A stretch of DNA of 63,989 bases, filler included, from Barthelona sp. PAP020 (taxonomy: Eukaryota): the NCBI GenBank assembly GCA_040182905.1. It is 13 parts of 13 records of this genome, joined end to end, with 100 filler letters (N's around TTAATTAATTAA, not from the genome) between each part and the next. Parts side by side here need not be neighbours in the genome. Positions count along the whole stretch, not along the records: positions 30,984 to 35,981 come from JARQWU010000634.1; positions 36,082 to 41,054 come from JARQWU010000635.1; positions 41,155 to 46,122 come from JARQWU010000636.1; 10 more parts are not named here. One strand, 5' to 3'. Position 1 is the first letter of the stretch. Every line of letters starts with the position of its first letter. The position numbers and the translations under genes were made by a program. Shown here one piece after another: positions 30,984 to 41,905 of the stretch. The notes beneath the pieces were generated by a model. That model ran no database searches. It was given only the letters and a program-made list of their open reading frames with translations, and was not told where the DNA came from.

Positions 30984-33900
30984 ATTTGTGTTTATGAATT
31001 AGGAACTCAATGGACAGATAAAAAAAAGATTTGTGGGAGGTTTAAAACAACATCTCCTGTTTTATCTTTGGTTTGGCCATCAGATAAGCCTAATGACATA
31101 ATTATTGGTTTAGCAGAAGGAAAATTATTAATTTGTAATCTTAGAAGTCGTCAAACTTCATTATTATATCATGCTGAGTCACCTGTCAATGTTTTATCGG
31201 CTTCACCTGATGGAACCTGTGTTGTAGCCGGCTGTGCAGATGGGAACGTCCGTCATTTTACCTTTGATGAACAAAATAGTGCAATTGCAACACATTCAAT
31301 TGTGTATAGATTAAATTGTGTTCCTTCTGTGATTGGTTATGGTTCATCAATTATGGTTGCTGGTGCTGACAATAGGGTTATCTTTTTAACTCCCCAGGGA
31401 AATGTTTTGAGAACATTTGATTATGGTACTGACAATGAAAATGAAAAGATGGACTTTACATGTGGATGTTTTAATACTAGTGGGACAACAGCATTATTGG
31501 GAACTTGGAATTTTGTGTATATATTTGATTATGACTCTCATGGTGGTTGGTATTGTTCAAATATTAAAGAAGTTGCGAATTTAACACCATCAACCATGTG
31601 TTGGCGTTCTGATGGTTCTAAAGTTTTGGTAGGGACTGTTAATGGAGGACTTGAGTTGTTTGATTCTTGTTTAAGACGTGTAAGAGTTGGATTGAAGTTT
31701 GAATTGGTATATGTAAGCTCTTTACAGGTAAATGTTAAATGGTTAACAACAGATGATAAAGTTCAATTGATGTCTTCTTCTGGAGCAGAGATACAAGATG
31801 TTAAAATAACTAGGGACCGTTATTTGATTGCAAATACTCCTAATACTTTGATTTTAGCTGATCTTGATGCTCGACAAATGAGTGAAATTGCTTGGAATGG
31901 TTCGGGACAAGAAAAATATATGTTTGTTGATGATGCAGTTCTCATTTATAATACTGGAGAGCTTGTACTTGTTGTTTTTGGTGATTCTGAGCCTTTAGCC
32001 ATTGTACGAACTGAAAAAGTATCTCATCACCTTTTGTCATTGAGATTAACCCAATATGGAGACGTTCCAATCAAGCGTTTGGCTTTTTTGGTTGATCCTC
32101 GAACGATTCGCATATTAGATTGTAACACAGGACAAGCTGTAACTACTGTTTCACATGATTCAAAAATTGATTTCATTGAATTGAATATTACTGGAGATCG
32201 TTTGCTATTTCGAGACAAAAAACAACGATTGTTCATCATATATATGGAGAAAACGACTGAATCAATTTCTGATAAGTTCTATGGAGGTTTACAAGTTTTG
32301 TCTTCTGTTTTAGAGACTGAAGATGATTCTTCACGTCAAAAGAGAACTATTCTTGAACATTGTTCTTATGCTCAATGGGTTCCAGACTCTAATGTTATTG
32401 TTGCACAATCACGTAATCAATTAAGTGTGTTTTATAATATTGATGCTCCTGATCAGGTTACTACATTTGAAGTAGATGGTGATGTTGTTGATATTGAACG
32501 AAGTGATGGTAGAACCGAAGTTGTTGTTGAAGAAACAACCGGTTCAATTATGTACATGTTAGATGAGTCTTTGATTGAATATGGTGCTGCGATGCAAACG
32601 GGAGATTATTCTCGTGCTGTTTCCCTTTTAGGAGACCTTGTAGTTACACCTGAAATCGAAGCAATGTGGAAGAATTTGGCAGAAAGTGCTTTGGAAGATA
32701 ACAAATTGCTGATAGCTGAAAGATCATACATAGCTCTTGGTGATATTGCCAAAGCCACGTTTGTTCGTAGAATTAATGACAAGATCAATCAATTGGCTCA
32801 ACAATTACAAGATATCAATTTAGCTCAAGAACACTATTCTGTTCAGGCTTTATTATTTTGTTTGGATAACAAAATTGATGAAGCAGTCAAATTATATGTT
32901 GAGAGAGGCCTTATTGGGGAGGGAATTGAATTATTAAACACCATTGGACATAGAGATGATGCTGTACGTTTGGCACTGGAGAATGATTTCCACAATGCTC
33001 AACAACTTCAATCTGCTCATTATCAAGCTCTTATTGAAGAACAAAGATTTGCTGAGGCTGCTGATATGAAGGTTGTTCAAGAAGATTATTTAAGTGCTAT
33101 TAATTTGTATTTGCAAGCTGGATTGCCTGCTCGTGCTGCTCAATTGCTTGTAAAACACAATTTACAGGTAGAGTTAGATTTTGGTATTGTTATTGCAAAT
33201 TCTTTGGTTACTTCAGGATTAACAAGTTTGGCTGGTGGTTTATTTGAGAAATTTGGGAAGAATGAGATGGCGCTTCAATCATATGTGAAAGGAGAAAATT
33301 ATGAAGAGGCTATCAATTTGTGTATTAAAATGTCTTCTGTTGATCAAAAGTATCGTACAGCTCAGTTAAAATTAGAAAGTCAGTGGGGTGAATTACTTTT
33401 GACTCAAGGTCGTGCTCATCTTGCAATTCAACATTTTATGAATGCCAGAGATCATATCAGTGCCGTTAAAGCTGCAATTACAGCAAAAAGGTACAGTGAA
33501 GCAGAAAAATATCTTGAATCTATTGCTCCAGACAAAAGTATCAGTTACTTCATGCAATTGGCCAAATTATATGAGACAAAAAGTGATTTATCCACGGCAG
33601 AACGTTTGCTAATTAAATGTAATGAATTTAGTTCTATTGTTGAAATGTATATCAGACATGAACGTTGGGAGTTGGTTAAATCTGTAGCTCAGAGACATTT
33701 AACAGAAGAAGAAGCAACAACTCTATTTATTTCCACTGCTGGACAACTTGCTGAAAAACGTCAGTTTATTGATGCTGAAAGATTATATTTATATGCTCAA
33801 CAACCAGATCTTGCTATTTCTATGTATAGAACAGTTGAAGATTTTGATTCAATGGTTCGTTTGGTGGAAGAACATCGTCCTGATTTGTTACAAAAGACTC

Positions 33901-35981
33901 ATTTGCATTTGGCTGAACATTTAGAAAAGGAGTCTCGTTACAAAGAAGCAGAGAAACATTACATTGGTGCAGGTGCAGAGTTTTGGAAAAAAGCCATTCA
34001 AATGTATGCCAAAAATACAATGTGGCATGATGCTTTATCGTTGGCAAAGAAATTTGGTGGTGAAGATCTAAGAGATTATGTAGCTTTAATGTGGGCTCGT
34101 TCTTTAGGTGAAGGTCAGGGTGCCAGACTATTGGTTCGTCTTGGACTTATTGATCAAGCAATTGGTTTTGCTATTGATTCAATGGACTTCGATTTGGCTT
34201 TCCAAATTGCTCGTGATTCATTACCCACTTCTCTTCCTGATGTTCAAGAAAAGTTTGGAAAACATTTGGAAAGTCAAGGTAAAGTTAAGGAAGCAGAAGA
34301 ACAATACATTAAAGCTAATAAGCCCATGGAAGCTGTTAGAATGTTCATTGATAAGAATGATTTTGATAATGCTCAACGTGTTGCTGAAACTTCCAACAAA
34401 GATGATTGTATGAAGTATTATTGGAAAAATCTTGCCGAAAAGCACAGTGCTAATCAAGAATTTGAACAAGCAGAAGCCTTATTTATTCAAGCCGGTGATT
34501 TTGAAAGGATTGTTGAAGTCTATAAGAATTCCAATCGTGTTCATGATGCACTTAGAATTGCAGAACAATATGCTCCCAGCATGGTCACTGAATTGAGAAG
34601 ATTTTATGCTGCTCCCTTGGCCAACAGTTCCAATCTCAAAGATGTTATTCTTGCTGCCCGACTTTTTGAAAGTAACCAAGAATATGGCAGAGCTATTGAC
34701 ACATACTTAAATCTGACCGCTGAAAATTGCCCTGATATTCCATCTTTGGCAAAATACTATCAAACTGCAGTTTCACTTGCACTTTCTCATCTTCCTAATC
34801 GTGCACAATCAATTCTTGATCAAGCTGCACAATCTTTGCTGAAGATTGGACAGCCAAAACTTGCTGCTGATCTTCATTTGAAATTGTCTGATGCTGATTC
34901 TGCAGTTAGATTATTAATTTCTGCTGAAGAATATGCTTTGGCAAAGAAAATTGCACAATTGCATGCCAATCATATGTTAAAGACTGTTAATGATGCTCAA
35001 GTTCAATCTCTCGTCAAACAAAACCGTGCTGAAGATCTTGTCACAATGGGTAATGTGAATGAAGGTATTGATTTGTATGCAAGTCGTAATCAATGGGATA
35101 AAGCTTTGACAATTGCCAAACAAGAAGGTGCTCAGGCGATGAGCAAATATGCTTCACTAAGATGCAAGGAATTGGCAGACACTTTGTCGTTACAGGGAGA
35201 AAATGAAGTTGCTGAAGCTATTTTGTTACTAAATGATGTCAGAATTGATCCAAATGACAAGAATAGAAAAGAATACTTGAAATTGTGTCAATTTGCTTTG
35301 CAAAGTAATCCCGCTAGACTTGTTCCTGCCTTGCAAAAATCTCAAATTACAATTTCAACATTTTACAGGAAGTTAAGAAACATTTTAAATAATTTGAACA
35401 GTATAAGTAATAATAAAGACTCTTCGACTCTTTTTGAGGCCGCCCATCTCATGTCACAAGCATATAGATCTGAAGATGAGGGTTTAATTAATATTACTGC
35501 AAAATGTTGGGTGTCTTTATTGCGCTATGTTCAATTCATTCCTCAAGACAAATTGTTGGTGGAAGCAGGGCTTGCTAATAAAAAGGCTGGAAATTTATCT
35601 GTGGCGTTCGTGTTCTTAAACAGATATCTGGATATTTTGGATGCCATGGATCCTTCAAATGATGGGTTTGAAACATTGGACAATACCGATTTCATTGAAA
35701 CAGACATTGTATTCCCACAAAATTTGCCACAACAACATTATTGTAATGCAAAACAGAAAACAGACATTAAAAATTGGGTGTTGGCTACTTCAATGGAAAA
35801 TGTTGAGCAATCTTTGCCAATGGAAAGATGTGTTTCATGTCATGCTCAAATGTTTAATGGTTCATTGGTTTGTCACAATTGTCATCATAAATATTATAGC
35901 TGTATGGTTACAGGATATCCAGTTTTGAATGTTGTGAAATGTACCTCTTGTAATTCACCGGCAAATAGAGAAGAATTCAAC
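30984..35981 (+). CDS. IFT172: Intraflagellar transport protein 172 (both ends truncated)
   Basis: The open frame spans the whole contig: VYELGTQWTDKKKIC, YAQWVPDSNVIVAQSRNQL, AFVFLNRYLD, C-terminal Cys-rich CMVTGYPV. Confidence 0.97.
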
Positions 35982-36081
35982 NNNNNNNNNNNNNNNNNNN
36001 NNNNNNNNNNNNNNNNNNNNNNNNNTTAATTAATTAANNNNNNNNNNNNNNNNNNNNNNNNNNNNNNNNNNNNNNNNNNNN

Positions 36082-36201
36082 AAATTTCATTTTAGTCCTT
36101 CAATTCCCCCCCCCCCCCGGTTTTGACTGAAATTTGCAAGAATGAGTTTTCTGAGTTTACTTTCTTTGCAAATAAATATAGCTGTTTCACAACTGGACCA
36201 A
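36082..36201 (+). repeat. Dispersed repeat family, module A copy at contig start
   Basis: CAATTCCCC..GGTTTTGACTGAAATTTG...AAATAAATATAGCTGTTTCACAACTGGACCAA matches 5199-5295. Confidence 0.9.
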
Positions 36202-36433
36202 CATGAAACCTTTTCCAAGCACAATTCAGGACAACTAAGAAGGAAATTGAGAATCTTGCAAATGATTGTTGGGGTACAGTGTGCTTCGACTTTGTTTTTT
36301 AAAAAACAGGATGAAATGGCTTTAATACAAATAATTCTTTTTTGAGAAGCCATCAAACTGTTTAAAACAAAAAAAAAAAACAATATTGTTCTTTATAATG
36401 TGCGCAGCAAGAAAATATTAAAAAATTGACGGT

Positions 36434-37732
36434 TTAAAATTTGCTCACAAATTCAAAGAATTCATCTGAACATTGAACATTAATTTCTTTCATTCTACTC
36501 ACAAATAAAACCGCTTCACCAACATGATCCCAATATCCCTTCAATTCTTCAACATTATCATCATCAATAATATTCAGCAACCATTTTTGCAAGGCATCTC
36601 GATGATATTCATAAATAGTTGACAATTCAGAGGGACCTGAATAATCAGCATTATTGATAGCGGATTGAATGAATCTTGAAATTTCAACACAAATCAATCG
36701 TTGTCTATCTGTTAACATTGATGTAGTAACAGCATAATATGATGGGTTTATTAAGGCAGGGACAATATTTCTTAATAATAACAAACTTCCTGTTGTTAAT
36801 GTAGGATTAACACTTGGAATTTGTTCTTTCACATGATCAGCAATAATTTCCAAAACATTTTTCAAACTTTGAGGAAACCTCGACAATCTAAAAGTGTTGA
36901 TTAGATATGCAACAAAATCAACTAAAGATTTTCCATTATCTTCCTTCCCGTTTATAATAAAACCATCATCAATTGATTTCAGAAGTCCTAAATATGGGTA
37001 TTTAAAACCGGAAATTAAATCAGTTGCAAGAACACATACTATTTCGGCCAAACAAATCGAAGAGCAATTATTACCCCTTAAAATTGTTGCACTGGATTCT
37101 GAAGTTTTATTTTTCATTTCATCATCAATGAAATATCTTACAACTTCATATAGACCAGAAAAATCCTTTTCATAAATGCATGATATCGTCATAGCTCTAC
37201 TAAACTGTCTAAAAAGTAGTTCACTATTTTTATAATTTGGTAATTCGGATTCTTCACATAAGTATCTCGCAATTCTAACGAATTCTTCTTTTAATGTGTC
37301 ATAATATTTTTGTTTAGCTTGTGTACTCAATATAGTACACTGTTTTTTTGATTTGGAAATGTATGTGATATCTAAATTGATGACACTTTCAGCATCTGTG
37401 GGACATTTTTCCAAATTTTTCTTTAATCGAATATTTTTTCCATCAAATGCTTCTATTTGCTTTAAATTGATAATGATTTCTCCCAAAAAATCCTTGCCTA
37501 ACAAATCTTCATCAAAAAAATCAATTCTGATAAGATCATCATTATTAACTTCCAATTCTAAATTAATATTCTCATAAACTGGATTTAAACATTTCTTAAT
37601 CACTTTAGATCTGTATAAACAATGTTTTTTGTTTGGATGTATAAAAACTTCAAAGAATGGGTCAGAAAATCCATCAGCATCTTGAGCTGGTAAATTCTTA
37701 CCAATAATATTATGAAGGAAGAAGGAATTCAT
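36434..37732 (-). CDS. C2 domain plus RasGAP domain protein
   Basis: C2: NLPAQDADGFSDPF...LNPVY...FDEDLLGKDFLG. GAP: TILRGNN (arginine finger) and LLLRNIVPALINP. Confidence 0.85.
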   Translation of the reverse strand: MNSFFLHNIIGKNLPAQDADGFSDPFFEVFIHPNKKHCLYRSKVIKKCLNPVYENINLELEVNNDDLIRIDFFDEDLLGKDFLGEIIINLKQIEAFDGKNIRLKKNLEKCPTDAESVINLDITYISKSKKQCTILSTQAKQKYYDTLKEEFVRIARYLCEESELPNYKNSELLFRQFSRAMTISCIYEKDFSGLYEVVRYFIDDEMKNKTSESSATILRGNNCSSICLAEIVCVLATDLISGFKYPYLGLLKSIDDGFIINGKEDNGKSLVDFVAYLINTFRLSRFPQSLKNVLEIIADHVKEQIPSVNPTLTTGSLLLLRNIVPALINPSYYAVTTSMLTDRQRLICVEISRFIQSAINNADYSGPSELSTIYEYHRDALQKWLLNIIDDDNVEELKGYWDHVGEAVLFVSRMKEINVQCSDEFFEFVSKF

Positions 37733-37978
37733 TGAAAAAACTAAAAGGAAAAATGAAGGAATGTTTTCAACTCAAAGTTCTTCTGTTTTGTAACAATAAT
37801 TTTTCATGACAAAAAACACCGCTGACATCTTCAAACTTTTATTAGATAAAAAAATGAAATGAATAAAAATTTCCCTATTGGCATAGCAATTTATTTTTCA
37901 GTTTAATATTATTGAAAAGTTAATAAAACAATAAAATATTCGAGAAAAAAAAGTTTCAGAAATGAATAACTTTTTATA

Positions 37979-38872
37979 ATGTCGAATCGAGTTACTCAAG
38001 TTACAATCAGCGGGAAAGCATTATTACGCATGCTTAATCATATATTTGAAGGACCTTCTTCTTTTGAAAAGGGTTCAGATGTTATTAGTGGTGTTTTGTT
38101 TGGTATTGAAAAATTAGGTGAAGTAGAAATTACAGAAGCGTTTCCAGATAGAATATGGAAGAATGAAACCAATCAACAAAAACTTGTTTCATATCTTATT
38201 GCTCATAAATTTGATCATGCCTTTGTTGGTACTTACGAATCATCAACTCATGGTATTAACCTTCAATTAAATTTGCAAATTTTTGAAAATACAGATAGAA
38301 ATGTTCAATTAGTTTTTGATGAGTCTCAAGCTTTCCTTGGTAATGTTCCCTTCAGAGCTTTTACAATTACTCCCCAATTTATGGCTAAATTATATCAAAT
38401 TCTTGTTGATAATGCTAATATTGGTATTGCTTCTTCTTTATCGACAATCCAAGACAGTTTGGATGTTGAAACTATTAAACGTTTGAATTTACAAACTGAT
38501 GAAATGTTTGAAGAAATCCCTGTTAAGGTTACCAACGCAGGTGTTGTTCGAGCTTTCTTGTTGGGGTTATATCAAGACAAGACTAAAATTTTGAAAAATG
38601 ATGAAAGAGTTGGTTTTGGTCATTCTATTGAAAACAATTTGCAGAGATTAAAGTACTGGATTGACAATTTGTTGACTGAAAACAAACAGTTTACCTGGAC
38701 TTTGGATCAATTATCAAAAACCAGTGGATCTAAGATTACTAAACAACCAAATCGTTGGTCATCTATGATTTGTGTCGCCAATTCTTTGCATCAAACTTCA
38801 CAATTAGCCAATACAAATACTTCTCCTGATGATTTAAACAAGTTTTTGAATGAGTTGTCAACTAAGGAATAA
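37979..38872 (+). CDS. EIF3H: eIF3 subunit h (MPN domain)
   Basis: VTQVTISG.ALLRM..H, GVLFG, EITEAFP, DH..VG.Y.S, MFEEIPVKVTN. Confidence 0.75.
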   Translation: MSNRVTQVTISGKALLRMLNHIFEGPSSFEKGSDVISGVLFGIEKLGEVEITEAFPDRIWKNETNQQKLVSYLIAHKFDHAFVGTYESSTHGINLQLNLQIFENTDRNVQLVFDESQAFLGNVPFRAFTITPQFMAKLYQILVDNANIGIASSLSTIQDSLDVETIKRLNLQTDEMFEEIPVKVTNAGVVRAFLLGLYQDKTKILKNDERVGFGHSIENNLQRLKYWIDNLLTENKQFTWTLDQLSKTSGSKITKQPNRWSSMICVANSLHQTSQLANTNTSPDDLNKFLNELSTKE

Positions 38873-39031
38873 ATTTTTTTAGATATATCATTTTTATTTT
38901 TCATTTTTATTTGTAATGATAGTTTATGAAAAAAACGTTGGGAACCTCAAAAAATGAGGAGAAAAAAACAGAAAATTAACACAAAAATTCAAACTTTTCT
39001 TTTTTTTAAAACATTTCAAACATTTTAGCCA

Positions 39032-40486
39032 ATGTCTTCTGAAAGGTCGCTTCACTCTTTAACTATTCTAACCAATTAGGTTTCGATCAGTAATCAAATT
39101 AAAACTAACTGTTAAAGGGTTGTTTACATTCTTCGATTGGATGAACCTAAGTTTGCCGAAGGCATCATTGCTCCCGAGCCTTTGAATAATCCAACAGAAT
39201 TAAACGAATTAGATAAAGCAACATGTTTATTTCCATCCAATTATGATATTCCTTTTCCCCATTTTGCCGAAACCTTACGTGAAGATTTGAAAAAACATGC
39301 CAGAGTTCGAATGAGAACAAATTTCTTTTTTTTATGGGTGGCTACGAGAAATGTTTCTCAATGGACTCGTATTGCAGATACAGCTACTTTGAGGACTTTT
39401 TTACCGCACAGTGAAATGATTTGGGCTGTTTGTTTTTTACCAACAAATAAAAAGAATTCACCCACATTCACATCTGCTCTAACTGGGGATGAGAATCTTT
39501 TCTTTGACAAAATTCGTGGGGAAACACCTAAACGCAGATTTACTTGTAGTTTTTGTCATCAAGAAGGACATTCAAGACGCACTTGCCCCAGTAATCCAAA
39601 TAGGGTTAATGAATTGGATCCTCAAGTGCATCAGTCACTGTATTCAAGATATCCAACTGGATCATCTATTGGTGAAACAAATGGTTCTTCCAGTATCTTT
39701 TCAGATGATATTGGGAATACCATTTTGAACAATTCTTCCATGCAGGATTACACTCAATTTATCAACAATATAATGCCAATTTTGGAAAAAATTAACAAAT
39801 CTAAGTGTGGTACAAGCGAGTCTTTTGTTTGGGCTGCTTGTCTTGCTGCTAATTTACACAATTCATACGAAGTTCCGCCTTGGTATTTGACTTCAGGTTT
39901 TAATGGAAATAAACACACTGATTTATGTCCATTATTAGTACCAAATGAGCTTTATGAGCATGTTTTGATTAATTTGACAGAAATGTTACATGATCCTGCA
40001 TCAACAACGTATTCTATTCCATCTGTGTCAAATCAATATTTTGATAGTCATTCTGATGGTCAAATTATTTCCACAGCATCTGTTTCTCCTGCTCCTTCTT
40101 CTAGTTACTCTAATTTTAATTCTATTTCTAAAATGTCTTCTTTTTCGAATTCAATGTCAAGGCCTGTTGACAATTTGGATATTATTGGTTACAGTAATGA
40201 GACGAATAATGATTCTCCTTCTTTGATCAATTCAAGTTTTGGTTCTTTGACAAATGGTGAACTTGTCAACTTAAGTATAAGTTCATCCGCAAATAGTTTA
40301 GCAGATCAGACAATGATACCTGTTCGAGAAGTAACACCCCCACCTTTGTCGATTGTTGATCATATTTTGCCAAATGTACATGGGTCAACAAATGGTTCCA
40401 ATGCATTATTTTTGCAGCAACATACTCATCTTCCCAGTTCTTCGAATGTTCCTTCTTTAAAAATGGCACCCATTGAACTGTCATAA
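39032..40486 (+). CDS. CCHC zinc-knuckle protein with Ser-rich C-terminus; exon 39032-39045 joined to 39118-40486
   Basis: CSFCHQEGHSRRTC. The ATG at 39032 joins the long ORF in frame only if 39046-39117 is removed (MSSER|VVYILRLDEPK). Confidence 0.75.
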
Positions 40487-40820
40487 TATAGTCTTTGTTT
40501 GTAATATGTGTGCAAATTTTGTATAATGTATATGATTTTGCACACATTATAAATCCCCAATCTTTTTATTATTTATTTTAAAGCAATATTGTGTTTCGAA
40601 TTCATTTTTTTTCAATTTTCTTTTCTTTTATTAAATATTTAAATGCTTCTCAGGGCCAAAAAGAAAAAGACAATAAAAAAATTTCCATTAAACTGTGAAT
40701 TCGTTTTTCTTCTGTAAATCTTTGGTATGAAAAATTATTGAAAGAATGAATTTATGGCTATTTGAATAATATTAATTTCCCTAATTTGCCTGCTTTTTCT
40801 TTTTGTTTGATGTTAGGTTT

Positions 40821-41054
40821 ATGAGTCATTTAGGATCACAACCGCTTCAACGAGATCCAGTGTTAAAAGATATCAAACTTGAAGAGACTAATAACTTGAA
40901 CAAATCATTGAATGAATTGTTTTCACATGGATTTTTGTTATATGATAGTAGATCCTATGATTTATTAACTAGTGAAATAGAATCATTGAATTTATTGCAA
41001 AATAGAAATGACTCAATGTTTGAGACTTTATATTTGCATTTTATTGAACCTTTA
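40821..41054 (+). CDS. 5' fragment of a hypothetical protein (3' truncated)
   Basis: ATG at 40821; open frame runs into the spacer. Confidence 0.5.
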
Positions 41055-41154
41055 NNNNNNNNNNNNNNNNNNNNNNNNNNNNNNNNNNNNNNNNNNNNTT
41101 AATTAATTAANNNNNNNNNNNNNNNNNNNNNNNNNNNNNNNNNNNNNNNNNNNN

Positions 41155-41378
41155 CATTAATCATATTGCCCTTGGTGAAGGTCTGAGACGCTTTGAAAAT
41201 CCTCTGAGGGATGCTCATGAAATATGGGGCTTCTGGAACCAGAAATTTGGTTAAGAACATGAACCTATGATTGTTCTTTTAATTGAAAACTGGATGGCTT
41301 GAGTATTCAGTTCAATATTTCGCATTTCGTTGTTTTCACAATGAAAAGAACTCAATTCAGACTACTCTTTGATCACTA
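41155..41378 (+). ncRNA. RPR1: Nuclear RNase P RNA (5' end truncated at contig start)
   Basis: CR-I CCCTTGGTGAAGGTCTGAGAC, CR-II CCAGAAA, CR-III TTGAAA, CR-IV AGTTCAAT, CR-V AACTCAATTCAGACTACTCT. P4 pairing GTCTGA (41181-86) with TCAGAC (41357-62). P8/P9/P12/P19-like hairpins occur in the expected order. Confidence 0.92.
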
Positions 41379-41454
41379 CATTTCAATCATAACAAATTAT
41401 CAATAATAAATGGGTGTTTATTTATTTACACATAGACTAAAATTCTCTGTTGTT

Positions 41455-41751
41455 TTACGATAAAAGAGAGCTAAATTCTTTCTCAATTGCCTCTTTTGAT
41501 GGAATTTCACAGGTTTGAAACTCTAAAAAAGAATTTAAAAACTGGTCTGCATTAGAAAATGTTGGTTTTTCTTTTTCATTTCGAGGGAGTTGAAGCAAAT
41601 ATTTAATATCACTTTCAACAAAAGAAATTTGGCTTTTTGCAATAAAAGACTGAAGTTGAACTATTGAATTGTCATCAAAACCAAAATTTCCACAACTTTT
41701 AAGATAAATATATTGTTCTATCAAATCTCGAAGATTAATATTCGACGACAT
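41455..41751 (-). CDS. Small hypothetical protein
   Basis: 98-aa ATG-initiated ORF preceded by a T-tract like other genes here. Confidence 0.5.
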   Translation of the reverse strand: MSSNINLRDLIEQYIYLKSCGNFGFDDNSIVQLQSFIAKSQISFVESDIKYLLQLPRNEKEKPTFSNADQFLNSFLEFQTCEIPSKEAIEKEFSSLLS

Positions 41752-41905
41752 CAAAAAAAAATAATAAAAATAAAGAAACCTTCAAAGTAAAGAGCTATTA
41801 ATTTTTATGAAAAAACACAAAATTATTGATATGATACAAAAAACAGATGGGTTATAATTGAAAAAAAAAAAGTGAAAAAATATCAAACAAAACAACTTTT
41901 TTTTT

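Noticed and set aside
36087..36383. Short ORFs 36087-36383, 36142-36345, 45351-45650, 45380-45670 and 45518-45736 sharing peptides such as KESKLRKLILANFSQN
   Set aside because: They are translations of non-coding repeat module A in different frames, not a protein family.
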